A stretch of DNA of 64,000 nt from Bispira polyomma. Its lineage: Eukaryota. The translations under genes and the position numbers were made by a program. The stretch covers positions 930,001-994,000 of the forward strand of contig OZ287756.1 in NCBI GenBank assembly GCA_965649765.1, in the 5' to 3' direction. Position 1 is the stretch's first letter. Every line of letters begins with the position of its first letter. Below the pieces are notes generated by a model. That model worked only from the letters and a program-made list of their open reading frames with translations. It was not told the DNA's origin and made no database searches. Shown one piece after another: positions 52,291 through 64,000 of this stretch.

Positions 52291-54946
52291 TTGATTTTTA
52301 CTGCACCGGTGAAAATATATAGTACTTTGTTACTAATTGTATCTAATTGAAAGGACATTGTTTGTTAGCAAGTGGTCGAATATAATTACACTTGGACTTT
52401 GCTAATGGCTCATTGTAGGAGAGCAACAATATTTGTTTTGGTGTGTTAAGTTCAGGGTAAGCTTCCAGCAACTTATGGTTGAGTTGTAACAGATCAAAGG
52501 AAGAGTCTTTGTTGCTGAACTGCTCTTTTACTTTGTGACTAATATTAGCATCCACAAATAACCTGTGATGTTTAAACACTACATTTTCACAGAAAAACAA
52601 TTAACCGAAGTCAAAAGAGAAACAGTAAACAATGACTTATTGAGTGAATAATTGTGTTCCATCTTCTAAAAATACAGGAATGGTAGGACTTACAAGTAAG
52701 GTAAAAAAAATTATAGTCATGCCATGGCATAAGCACACCTAGCCCACTGATGACTATTTGCACACATGATTTAAACTGGTGAATTCCTGGATCATATAGA
52801 CTGGTGTTTTAACGGCCACTAGCTGCACTGAGGTCATGTGACATACAAATGTTGGATCAGGGTTAGGCTTCGACAGAAAGAAAGCTCTTAATTTAGTGTT
52901 TATGATGCGCTTAATACAGAAACTATTTAATAATTCAGGCTTTAAACACTACTCTTAAATTCAGGACAAAGACATTTTGTGAATGACCCAGATTTCCTGT
53001 GTGTGATTTCCTTGCGTTTAGTTTGTTACCAGCTTTTCATAGCCTCTTTGTTCTACTGAATATAGTGCTATGGCTTGTATACAAGTACCTGCTATCAATG
53101 TGGATGTACAGAGGATTGAGGTTAAATATTGTTTACATCTGTATGTGCACTTTATCCCCGTGTGACCCATTAGTTATTAAAGTGACTTAATTTAGACAAA
53201 TATTTACTATCACAACTTTCACATTTTTAATGATTCACACTAATAATACGCAAGGGTGTTTAGGGGGTTGCGGCCGTCGTAGGACACTGCTTTTGGTATT
53301 AATGGAAAGCTATGGCTCTAGAAACGATTATTCTGATGTTATTGCCCCACATTAGGATTTATATCAATTTATTTTGACCATTTCTTAACTCAAGACTTTT
53401 TTTTCACTTGGGGGAGTTTTATACTCAACTAATATTGTTCTACAATCTGTTACTTTATTAAATTTTATCTTCAAAATGTAGGCCATACCTGTGATATGAT
53501 TGGAAATATATGAATTTTGTTTTATTTATGTCTAATTCAAGTAATGTTTTTACAGTCACTCCACGTCACGTAAATTTATAGTGCGTACCGCCATTTTCTT
53601 CTCCTTTTTCCTACTGCGAAACGTCACAGTACCATCATGACGACGTACGGTTTGCAGGTCACGTCACAGGTTACACCACAAACCAGGAAGTAAAAATGGG
53701 TACCCTTTTTAAACTTAAATATCTCAGCCATTTCTTAACAGATTGTGATGCAACAAAAAAACACAATAATCGAAATAAAGTAAGCTTTCTCACCATATTT
53801 TAAACCATTTTTTACCCTCAGTGCTCGACTTCCGAAATGGTCCGAACACCGCTCGGAGCTGTGTAAACAGCAAAGAGTGACATCATCACAAGATGTCAGA
53901 TCTTGCTTCCGATAAATGAAAATGCTGCGAATTTAGTGAACAACCATCTTATTTTGAAGTAGAATATAACAATATACCTAACATACAACCAATTGAGCAA
54001 TTTTGCTGTTTTATAGCATATAATGAGTATTCTATCGGAACCGCGAGTACATAAAAATACAATTTTCCATGCATCTTCCAATATGAGGATATTGAACTGT
54101 TTCTGACTTTTGACTTAAATGGTGAAATATATTATAGTTTTAATAAAATACATTATTTAGCTCAAAGGATATTTGTTTGTCATAGATAGACACTAAATAG
54201 TTCGTAAAATTCAGCAGATTTTCTTTTTCACATAAATAAATGCAGTAGAAATTGATAGAATTCCAAATGAGATTCTCAAGAGTATAATAGGCAAATTTGA
54301 TTCTTCATAAGTTATTTAATTTCGCATCATATGGTTTGAAAATTAATTATAAAACCTATACCTAAAGAAGATGAGAAACATCATTATAATAATAATAATA
54401 ATAATAGAAGCATTTATACAGCACAAAATTGTTAAAAATCCTCTAATGTGCTGAATTCCAAGAAGGGATTATCATTTATAGACAGATAGACATTTTCTTT
54501 TTTGTTTTGACAAAAGTTGACAGGTCGACAGATAAAATATATATAAATTTTTACTTTTTAGGTAGATTTTTGTAACTTATAGGTTGACAGGTCAACAGAT
54601 AGACAGACAATTTGTTTTGTAACTTATAGGTTGACAGGTTTTTTGTAAGTTATAGTTCACTGTTTCAGACCGTTGACTCTACACAAACTGCCAACATACA
54701 AAGCAGTGCCTGTGGTACGGGCAACATCTAGTTAATGATTAATGTTTCTGATTCATTCTTTCAACTATAATTTAGGATTTTAAATAACAATATTTTGAGG
54801 CAGCCATATGAGGTAGGGGTGATGGTTGTTGATATACCTTACTGGTATAACAGATTGATTTACAAATATGCATAATGTATTTAATGCATAAGCTTACTTG
54901 TGTAATTGAGATAATAAGCGCTGAATTATTAATGTCCATTTCTCAC

Positions 54947-55006
54947 CTGATTCCAACACTAGTTATTCCCCCACCAATAGATGCCAGAATGGTATTCACT
55001 GCGGCC
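54947..55006 (-). CDS. amt: Ammonium transporter exon (TM7)
   Basis: AAVNTILASIGGGITSVGIS; cag/gtgag splice sites. Confidence 0.93.
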
Positions 55007-55084
55007 CTGTAAACATAGGAATAAGAATTAATAAATATCATTTGATATAGCACGGTCTTAGAACACCCATGTTATCTAATACAT

Positions 55085-55362
55085 TTTTAAATTATTACCC
55101 CAGTCTGAATGCTTTTACTAGTCAACCAATTGTTCAAGCTCAGCTCCCTCAGGAAGCATACTAGTCGTGTAGCCACATACGACCCACAACGACTAACACT
55201 CATTAGTTGGCCAGGTACCCATATATATGCCTGGGTAAAGAGGGACCACTTTGTGTAAAGTACCTTTTCCAAGGGAACAATCTCTAGGCCTGGATCAAAC
55301 CGGGGCTCTCAGATCATTCAGAGCCAAAGTTTGTCACTTTAACTGCCACGCCACAGAGGCCA
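55085..55362 (-). mobile_element. tRNA-derived SINE with a Deu/Nin-like core
   Basis: The - strand has tggcgtggcagttaa (A box), ggtttgatcc (B box) and ctctttacccaggcatatatatgggtacctgg core. Confidence 0.7.
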
Positions 55363-56111
55363 GCACTAAGTCCACAGGTAATTCATATTTTAAAGTACCT
55401 TTTTCACACAGAATAAATGATAATAAAATCCGCAAATGTGTTTGTTGTCTCAACTTTATGCTATATTGTCATCAATCTGTTTGAAAGTCGTCAAACTGTG
55501 GGAAGGGTTCTTGTATATATGTTTTGTTTGCAGTCACCTCGTCAATTTGATAAAAAGTTCAAGCAGAGGTTAGATATCAGATTGTGATAGTTGTAACAAG
55601 ACATGATAGTAAAAGATATGTTTGAGGTGTTTATTTTACATGTTAGTTTCTATATACAACCTAACAGAGGTCAAATATTATAGAGAAAACTGAAAAATTT
55701 CAAAGAAAATATAATTGTTAATGCCCCAGGCCAAAATACAGAGAAGGAAGGATGGAAGCAGCAAAAGTAAGAGGCACCACTGAGGCCGCTTGTGCAGATT
55801 TTTAAAGGTACGTCCAGACTGTAGAGGACTTCCAGAGTCCATGAGTCATAATGTTTAGTTACACTCTGGCGCTTTTGCATAAGTATACACTCTACTGACT
55901 CTACTGGGAAATATTTTAGACAATGCCTTTTACCATGACTTAGGCTTAAAATTGATTGCAAAATAACCTGTATCATTTTATATATATGACATATTTAACT
56001 TTTAACACTGTTGACAAAATGTGTTTGACACAAAATTTCTGGAAGAGGTACAGTTAGGGGATTCGAGCTAACTACATTTCTTGTGTGTGTGGGTACTGTG
56101 TGTTTACTTAC

Positions 56112-56186
56112 GTCACAGCATACTGCCACTGGGAGGAAGTTGAAACAATAAAGACACTTCCAGAGTTAAACCTCAGCCAACCCCAC
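56112..56186 (-). CDS. amt: Ammonium transporter exon (TM6, Phe gate)
   Basis: WGWLRFNSGSVFIVSTSSQWQYAV; cag/gtaagt sites, phase 2-2. Confidence 0.92.
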
Positions 56187-56622
56187 CTGAGTGACAGAAG
56201 AAAGGAGGAAATGGACTGATAATAACTTCCTTAGTTTAGTTATGGTTTATCATTTCTTTAAACATTTACATGTGGTGAAAGTTTGAACCAACAAGAGAAG
56301 AGGTTCGAGGTGAGACCATAAAGCATACAACATAGAGCCTCTTCATTACTTCTCTAAGTCACTAGATAAAGTGTTAAATTTACTTGTAATCCACAATTTA
56401 CAAATCATTTGTCGTTTACCTCAGAGACTAGGAGTTGAAATTCATCAAATTCCTCGATGTAGTAATGCATGTCAGTTAAGGTATGCCAATGGTTTGCAAA
56501 TATATCTTTCTATGTAGCACTTGTTTCATGCTAATGATAAATCCATCTGTAATATAACCTAAGATGTAGGTGACATGAAGACCAAATCAACTTACTTAAA
56601 CTGACATAGTTCTCTAACTTAC

Positions 56623-57178
56623 CAGAGCATAAACATTCCCAGAATGCACTTGACAGGGCCGTGTATGGGAGGCTTCTCATTCTTTTTTAATAACTCCACT
56701 GCTGAGCGCCGAGGACCAAGCATTATTGTAGCTATTAGGCCTGTCATCCCTCCAATGAGATGAACCGGTCCACAGCCGGCCACATCGATAACACCCATTT
56801 TGTAGAGGAATCCGCTCTCTGCCCACACCCAATGGGCGGGGATGCAGTAGATGAAGGTACTGATCAATGAGAAGACGTTGTAGGCCAAAAGCTTGGTCCT
56901 TTCTGTCATCGCCCCGCTGACGATGGTGGTCGCAGTGGTCGCAAAACTGAGTTGGAACAGGAACAGGGCGTAGATGTAGCCACGCTCTTCCTCGGGACAG
57001 TGCAGGAAGAAGTTGCCTACCCCGATGAAAGGATTGGTACCCTTGTCAGTCCCGAAACTGAAGCCGAAGCCAGCGGCCCAGTAGGTGAACCCTCCAAACA
57101 CCACGTCCAGGGCATTCTTCACCATGATGTTAATCTCACTCTTACGACTGACACAGCCGGACTCTAACAGACCAAAAC
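56623..57178 (-). CDS. amt: Ammonium transporter, largest TM exon (TM1 end to TM6)
   Basis: GFGLLESG, FQLSFATTATTIVSGAMTER, AHWVW, DVAGCGPVHLIGG and LGPR. Confidence 0.97.
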
Positions 57179-57480
57179 CTAGAGAGAAAAAGTAAACAGT
57201 GAAAAAGGTTAGAGGAAAAGGGGCAAGAGAGATGTCAGACTGTAACAGACCAAAACCTACAGGAAGAAACAGGAAGAATAAGGAGCAAGAGAGGTGTAAA
57301 CTGACCGACACAGTCAGACTGTAACAGACCAAAACCTAGAGACGGAAAAAACATTAGGAAAAGGTTAAACAAACAAGTGTAAACTGACACAACCAGCCTA
57401 TAGACAGGAAGAAAACAGGGAGAAAGAGACAGACAGGTGTCAACTGACTGAGACAGCCGGACTGTAACACACTAAACCTT
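57179..57480 (-). repeat. Duplicated copies of the amt acceptor/exon start
   Basis: tag|GTTTTGGTCTGTTA recurs near 57257 and 57336, and in degenerate form near 57477. Confidence 0.85.
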
Positions 57481-58070
57481 ACCGATGGTGTAGAACCAGT
57501 TCTAGCAGTGGTTTTGTTTGTTGATTCAGACTTACACAAAACTACTGGGGCCTCAGTGATGCATTACTAACACACTCTAATCCCAAGAAACTGTCAGTCA
57601 TGATATGAACTATACAATGTGCTGAAAGCGATATAATCCCAAATCAAATGCCCAAAACTACTAAGCTGAATTCTATGAAATTTGATGGTGGTATGCGCAG
57701 CATAATTTATATGGGTTTACTCCTTTTCATATTAGGTAAACCTGATAATAGTACAAACTCCCTTTTTCATTGTATGGATAATGTTTTGGCACCATAGCGG
57801 AGGAATGTGCTCCACTGAGTGTCTTAGTTAAACTGTTATTATTTTAAGCCCTCTATTTTCCTTTAGGTAAACCTAATAAATGTCTGGCCTCGTTGTGTCA
57901 TGTAAACGATACATGTAATCAAGTTGTCATGCAAGGAAAACCAGAGATGCTATTTTAGTCAATTGTGCTACCTACCTAGTAAATCCTCTTTAAATAGATT
58001 AGTATATGTAAATGTAGGATGTATAGTTTATACAGGTTAATTTATTTATTTTTAACCAGATGTTTGCGCA

Positions 58071-59796
58071 TATACAAACTCAACACCAAACAAGCTATTA
58101 TATACAAACTCAACCCTAAACAAGCTATTATTATTATTATATACAAACTTTTTGTGCGCTTAATTTTGATGTATTTCAAATTCTAAGGCGCGATAAAAAA
58201 AATAAGGGGTAGAGTCAATATTGTAAGTCCGTGGGAAAAAAGGGTCGGCATCAGAAAGCGTTTGGGCAGCAAGAGAAGAAGGTGCTAAGGGGGATAGACT
58301 TCATGAAACAGGTGAGTCTTAAGCTCAGGCCTGAAAGATGACAGTGTGGGGACAGATCGTACAGCAAGTGAAAGGCTGTTCCAAAGCCTAGATCAAAATA
58401 AGTTTTAGATTTATGAATCCGAGAATTAAAGGTGGGAATAATTAGGCATTTCTTTGTAGCCACAGTAGGTCTGGTATTGACAGAGGCTGTGTAATAATTT
58501 ATGTATTCGTGGAAGTACTGCGGCTGCCCAAAGTCCAAATGTTTGTAAATAAGGGTTGCAGTTTTAAAAGCGATTCTTTCATTAACAGGGAGCCAATGTA
58601 GAGACTTAAGCACTGGTGTAATGTGGGACCACTTGCGGGAACCTGTAACAACTCGTGCTAATGCATTTTGCATACACTGTAATCTTCTTAGGCTACCTTT
58701 GGATAAACCACGATATATTGAATTACAGTAGTCCAGTCTGCTACTGACAAGTGTGTTTGCCGCCGAGATGGCTACCATCCTTGGTAGGTACTGTCTAATT
58801 TTCTGTAGGTCTCGAAGTCCAGCAAAACATAACCTGCAAAAAGCATCCACCAGCTTTTTGAAACAGTAATAGCAGTTGAATATGACAGCCAGGTTCCCCA
58901 CTGATTCAGCCACCTCAAACCTCTTGCTAAGTATGTGGGTTGGGAATAGAGATTGTAACCATTTTTTATATGTAGGAGAGCTGTTTCTGTGTAGTGATAC
59001 TGTTTGTATGCTGACTGGTACACTGTGCCAAGATCATTTGAGCTGATATGATTTGTAACTTGAGCAGCAACTACCCTTTCGACAAGTTTAGACATGAATG
59101 AGAGGCCTGAGACAGGTCTTTAATTTTTTGGATCATCTTTTGAGAGTGTCTACTTTTTGATAATGGGTGTAACAATAGCCTTCTTGAAAGAGTCGGGAAC
59201 CATGCCTCCAGATAAACACAGACTAACCAATTTGGTGATAGAGGGTGCAAGAATTTTAATGCAGTCCTTGACCAGGAAAGTAGGCATAGGATCCAGGCTA
59301 CATGACGTTGTTGGTGATTTCAACATCAATTTCTTGATGTAGTCAACACCAACTTTAGTAAAACAGGTGAAACTAAAGTGAGTTGTATGAGGAGACTCAG
59401 TCGGATGACTATCTGAAAAACCACTTAGAATAAGTTCTATTTTCTTTTGAAAGTACTTGCAAAACATTTTTGCGAATGAAGTATCTGAGTTGTCTGAATT
59501 GACAAACTCAACCCCAAATAAGCTATTATATGCAAACTTAACCACAAACAAGCTATTATAACAAACTCAACCCTGGTTACAAAAACAAAAGTTTTATAAA
59601 AATGATGAATATGTGAGTATTAAAAAATAGAAAATCAAAACGAAACAATAAGAATCTGTATAATATATTACTTTCTTAGTAACAAATGGTTAGATTCATT
59701 TTAATTTCTTGTTCACAGATTTCAAAGTATATATATTGTATATAGAGGTATACCCCATATTTGTATATAATAGCTTGTTTAGGGTTGAGTTTGTAT
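58071..59796. repeat. 30-bp repeat/MITE end (tatacaaactcaaccctaaacaagctatta), direct copies plus one inverted copy
   Basis: Direct copies at 58071, 58101, ~59502 and ~59530; inverted copy at ~59762-59796. Confidence 0.75.
58127..59500 (-). mobile_element. L2/Crack-type LINE fragment lacking the RT core, inserted in a 30-bp repeat
   Basis: SCSLDPMPT, FKKAIVTPIIKK, SKLVERVV, QSAY..HYTETALL, then directly NLAVIF...SRLDYCNS...LHWLP; (TAA)n tail. Confidence 0.92.
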
Positions 59797-60829
59797 ACCC
59801 TATCTCGTTGTAAAGGCGAGATGGGGATTTCAAGACAAATGACGTCAGTGAAAGGTATCTTGGTTAGATGAATTGGTGTCGCGAAACTATCCTGGTATAT
59901 GGTGGTAGTTTTCTTAACATTTTACTGCATTGAATGGTTCTATAGTCATCAATATTTAACCTTAAATTTTGGTTTTTGTATCACCGGAAAGCTATTAATT
60001 TGTGTTTTTTGACAATCTAAACAGTTTCTAGACCCATGAATATTAGTTAAGCTTTTGTTGAAAATATCTTAAAAGTTTGGAGATAAAGCGGCATTGATAA
60101 AATTATGCTTATACTTACTTAAGCAAAAGATTTATATATCATGAAAGAGCATTTAATACACTTTCAGACCTTTTTCACAGAATATCCTTTAATATTGACT
60201 GAGATAGTAGACGTTATATTGTGCAACAAAGAGTTACGATAACAGACTAATAGAAATTGTAATTTTTAATTTTGATTTAAAAATTATGAAAGAGCAATTA
60301 ATACACTTTCTGAACCTTTTTACAGAATAGAATTTCCTTTAATATTGACTGAGATAGTAGTCGTTATACAACTAAGAGTTACGATAGCAGACAAAAAGAA
60401 ATTGTCATTTTGAAACACCGATTCGCTTCTTTCGGGGCCCCAAGACATTACGGACAAAAGCAGTATATGCTTATTCTGATAGCAAACGTCTGGTACGCGG
60501 TCATTAGTTTCTTTTTTCTTTTTTAAATTGATATACTAAAATAAATAATACAAATGTTATTACAGTCATATAAGATCATATTGCCATATATGTTTGAGAT
60601 TAAACAATAGATAACAGTGGACATGTGAAATGTATTCATATTTGTATACAGTATTTAGCACATGTTTGGAGGATTCCTGATGTGGTTATATAAAGCCTTA
60701 TAACATGTTGTATAAGTTGTCCCAACAGTAAATACTGCTATTGGAACATTCAGAGTTTTTGATGTAACTTCTTAACATATTCTGCCAATTTTGAGTATAG
60801 TTTAAAGCAAATAACAAAGGGTTATTGTT

Positions 60830-61227
60830 AATATTACCAGGTTTAATATTGAATAACCCCAAAATAAAGGCAATGGTATAACCAAACATTTCCAATGAAT
60901 TGTTGTTCTTACCTGACTGGTATAGTAAAGGGATACATACTGTTGCAGATGTTCTTGATGTAAATGAAGTCATGGAATTAGATCAAATAAGATTTCAGTA
61001 TTCTTTAAACTATATATTAAAGAACTTTTTTAAAAGAATAATGATCTAATTGTTTATAAATTTGTAATTGTTCCAGAGAGATGCAGGAATGAATTAACTA
61101 CTATATATTGTTTGAATGTAATGCAATTAATTTGGTATAATCAAAAATTGTATGTATACTTAAAAATGTATGAATTGTTTATTATATTGTACACATTGAA
61201 GAAAAAAAAATAAAAATATAAAAAACA
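60830..61227 (+). mobile_element. 5'-truncated L1/Tx1-type LINE fragment
   Basis: WYN...FLPDWYSKGIHTVADVLD peptide, A-rich tail and 14-bp TSD aaagggttattgtt at ~60816 and ~61228. Confidence 0.75.
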
Positions 61228-61493
61228 AAAGGGTTATTGTTGATCTAAAGTATCCTGACTCAATCCACTGTATTTTATACTTTCAGGATTTGTTTCTCAT
61301 TTCTGAGGTATGTACTTTAATATTAGTAACCAATGTTCTTTAGGTACAAACAATAACACTGACTTATTTACTTTGAATGTACAGTATACTTAAACTCATT
61401 TATACAATCACTATTTTTAACCTGCAAAACAACATAAATGTATTTCGAATGGCCGTCAGCATTTAATAGAGATGTTAATACGTCTGTAGATCA

Positions 61494-61742
61494 GGGGCCG
61501 CAGTGGCCTAGTGGTTAGCAAGCATTGCACTTCACAATCACTGGTCTCTCACCTCTGGGCGGCGTGAGTTCGACTCCCATCGATGCCTATGTGGAAAAGG
61601 TGGTAGTTCCGTACTGTGGGCCACTGGTTTCAGTGCAGAATCTTGATCAACTGTAAGCAGTATTTCCTTCAGCGTTTCCAACTACCCATCCCAATATAAC
61701 CTAAACAGGTAATAGAGTGGACGTTAAATATCCAAATTCAAA
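61494..61742 (+). mobile_element. tRNA-derived SINE, copy 2
   Basis: Closely similar to 777-1034; 14-bp TSD acgt(c/g)tgtagatca. Confidence 0.9.
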
Positions 61743-62969
61743 ACGTGTGTAGATCATGTCATTACCCATTATATGGCCAGTTATTTATTAAGTTATGCCT
61801 ATATCAACAACAATATGTTCATCTTTTGATAAAATATATAATATGCACATAGTCAAACATAAATTGTTGGTTGTTATATTAAAATAATGCTTTTTTTTGT
61901 AAAAAAAATCAGTAAAAAAAAAAAAATGGTAAAAAAATCAGTTCAGACAATTCGAGGGGCCAAACTGTCGTTTATTGGTGTCACTTTTGATTGTTATTTC
62001 AAAATAATGCTTTCTTTGTAATTGTTAAACAATCAGTAAAAAAAATGGTAAAAAAAAATCAGTTCAGACAATTTGAGAGGCCAAAAAGTCGTTTATTTGT
62101 GTCACCTTGTGGCAGTTAATACCCTTTGGAAGTATAACTAATACTCTACATTCTAGATATAGAATTTAAAAGCCGTCACTTGCCATCATGATGTCACCTT
62201 AAGTCCCAGGGATCAGGTGCCAGATAGACTGCAACTTCCTAATCACCTAAAGTCACATGTGCTCTCCACCCACATTTCCCATAACGAGCCTGACGTCATT
62301 CTATAATGTCTTTCACCGAGGCCAACACTAAACATACTCTAACCAACTCGACTAATTTGGCGTTCTCTTCAACTGTAGTGGGATTTATACATGCAAAGGT
62401 CCCAAGTCATAAGGTTTGGCCACCTTGAAATTGTCTTTGGAGAATTGTTACTATTTTAGACTGAAAATTGCCGTTCATGTATTCTTGATGAATTAATCTT
62501 TACAAGCAGCAATATTTTAATATGATTAGATATGAAATTTATTAAATATTAAACATTTTAACCATTTGCTTGTATTCTTCACAATCTTTAAATCCATCAA
62601 TTAGTGTTGCTCACTCTGTACAACATAAGTATATTTTACTGTATGTTGTATTGTGTTGTTTCAGTGAGCCCAGTGGCTCATCCATTGAAGGGCTAAAAGT
62701 GGTCGTCCAATTTCTGCCAACCAGCACCACTAACTGTCATTCATTTTAACTAAATACAGAGACTTTGGGATGACACCATTTATCAATGTCTAAATGGGTA
62801 TTTAGCCTGCCACTGGAGAGAGTACTGAATGACAGTTGTCAAATTTGAAGTAGTCACATTCAATCTAGCATGTATCTGGCTGTACCTGGGAGGTACAGGC
62901 TGGGCCTGAACCCTGTCAACCGTGTCACCCGCTAGTATTTTATTTGCCATTCAAAAACTGTCATTGAAT

Positions 62970-63462
62970 CTATAACAAGGGGCTGGGCTGTATTCACACC
63001 AGGTCTAAGTCTTAACTTAGTCTATAACAAGAGGCTGGGCTGTATTCACACCAGGTCTAAGTCTTAACTTAGTCTACAACAAGGGGATGGGCTGTATTCA
63101 CACCAGGTCTAAGTCTTAACTTAGTCTACAACAAGGGGCTGGGCTGTATTCACACCAGGTCTAAGACTTAACTTAGTCTATAACAAGAGGCTGGGCGGTA
63201 TTCACACCAAGTCTAAGTCTTAACTTAGTCTACAACAAGGGGCTGGGCTGTATTCACACCAGGTCTGAGTCTTAACTTAGTCTTAAGCTTAAGATTTTGG
63301 CCTTAGATTTTTAATCTTAGCCCAAGTGAAAGCAAGAAGAGATCTTTGGTGTTAACATTGCTCTTAACACTAAAACTAACAGTAGACAGTCTTAAATATT
63401 CTAGACCTAAATGTTAAGCTGAATAGCAAGTTAAATGCTAAAACATTTAAGGAATACAGCCC
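62970..63462 (+). mobile_element. MITE whose left end is tandemly amplified (52-bp unit x6)
   Basis: Unit aacaaggggctgggctgtattcacaccaggtctaagtcttaacttagtctat; TIR gggctgtattc / gaatacagccc (~63452). Confidence 0.85.
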
Positions 63463-64000
63463 CTGGATTCAGACTGAAGCTCAAACTGACTCAATGTTTG
63501 AATTTAGTGATGAAATTCTTTTTAACAAGAAGTCACACAATTACAGGTTATATTCAGACTTAGGAATTACACACATTGCCTTTGCTTTATTTCAGTTTGA
63601 CTTCGTTTTGAAGAATATGGGCCCAGATGTTTTAAGGTAAACTATTGGTCACAGCTTTATAAGGTAAACTATTGCTCAGAGCTTTAGGGCAAAGTGTTCT
63701 ATACCTACAAACATGACGTCAAAGTCATTAACATAATGAATATTTCTTACATTTTCGTCCAGCTCTACAACTTGCTTTTTTGCCACTAGTTCTGCGTAAT
63801 AAAACCCCACCCACCCATTCTCAGTCAAAACCCTTGATGACCTAGAAGGGCTGCTGGCTATGTCCATTAACTAACACCTGTGTACAAGGGATGTACCAAG
63901 TTCATATCTGGCAGACATAATTTCATACTACAGGTTAATAGGATCCATGTATTCGCAATTACAGAAAAAGACCTGTAGAACAAAAATCACATTCCAAGTA

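Noticed and set aside
53240-54360. Possible DNA-transposon remnant sharing a motif with 32340-32385
   Set aside because: Probably repetitive, but no ends or TSD could be defined by eye.
62970-63283. CRISPR-like array (also 51889-52290 and 19163-19716)
   Set aside because: Units repeat in full with no unique spacers; eukaryotic context and no cas genes.
63676-63975. Possible exon(s) on - (63-aa ORF; ANTWILLTCS resembling Amt TM1)
   Set aside because: Weak similarity, wrong spacing to the QSG/GF motif and a poor donor; cannot be supported.

Overview
AT-rich animal genomic DNA, probably from a lophotrochozoan invertebrate such as a mollusc or annelid (inferred from the repeat families), with one assembly gap. 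There are three host genes. The first is a ~1200-aa beta-helix/Cys-rich/multi-TM membrane protein on one 3.6-kb exon (+, ~19.8-23.4 kb). The second is a two-exon, C-terminally anchored proteinase K-type subtilase (+, 30108-33026). The third is an ammonium transporter (Amt) on the - strand, for which nine phase-compatible exons can be assembled (57178 to 35279); its first TM1 exon was not securely found. Mobile DNA is abundant: a decayed Ngaro-type tyrosine-recombinase (YR) retrotransposon (8331-14346, -), an intron-containing Crypton, a Ginger2/KRBA2-like integrase relic, a non-autonomous Helitron/Helentron, MITEs, tRNA-derived SINEs and L2/Crack and L1/Tx1 fragments. The most interesting object is the Ngaro element. 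Its split repeats read A1-ORFs-B1-A2-[615-bp unique]-B2. A looks like a TATA/CCAAT/E2F promoter, B carries AATAAA, and the unique segment holds a ~185-nt GC-rich rod-like hairpin, which suggests a second, non-coding transcription unit inside the element. Its recombinase has no start codon and appears to need a gag-to-YR splice, and the element is bracketed by a 1.6-kb host duplication. A second recurring theme is minisatellites built from exon-intron junctions, at four places in all three genes. All calls were made by eye; no database searches were run.
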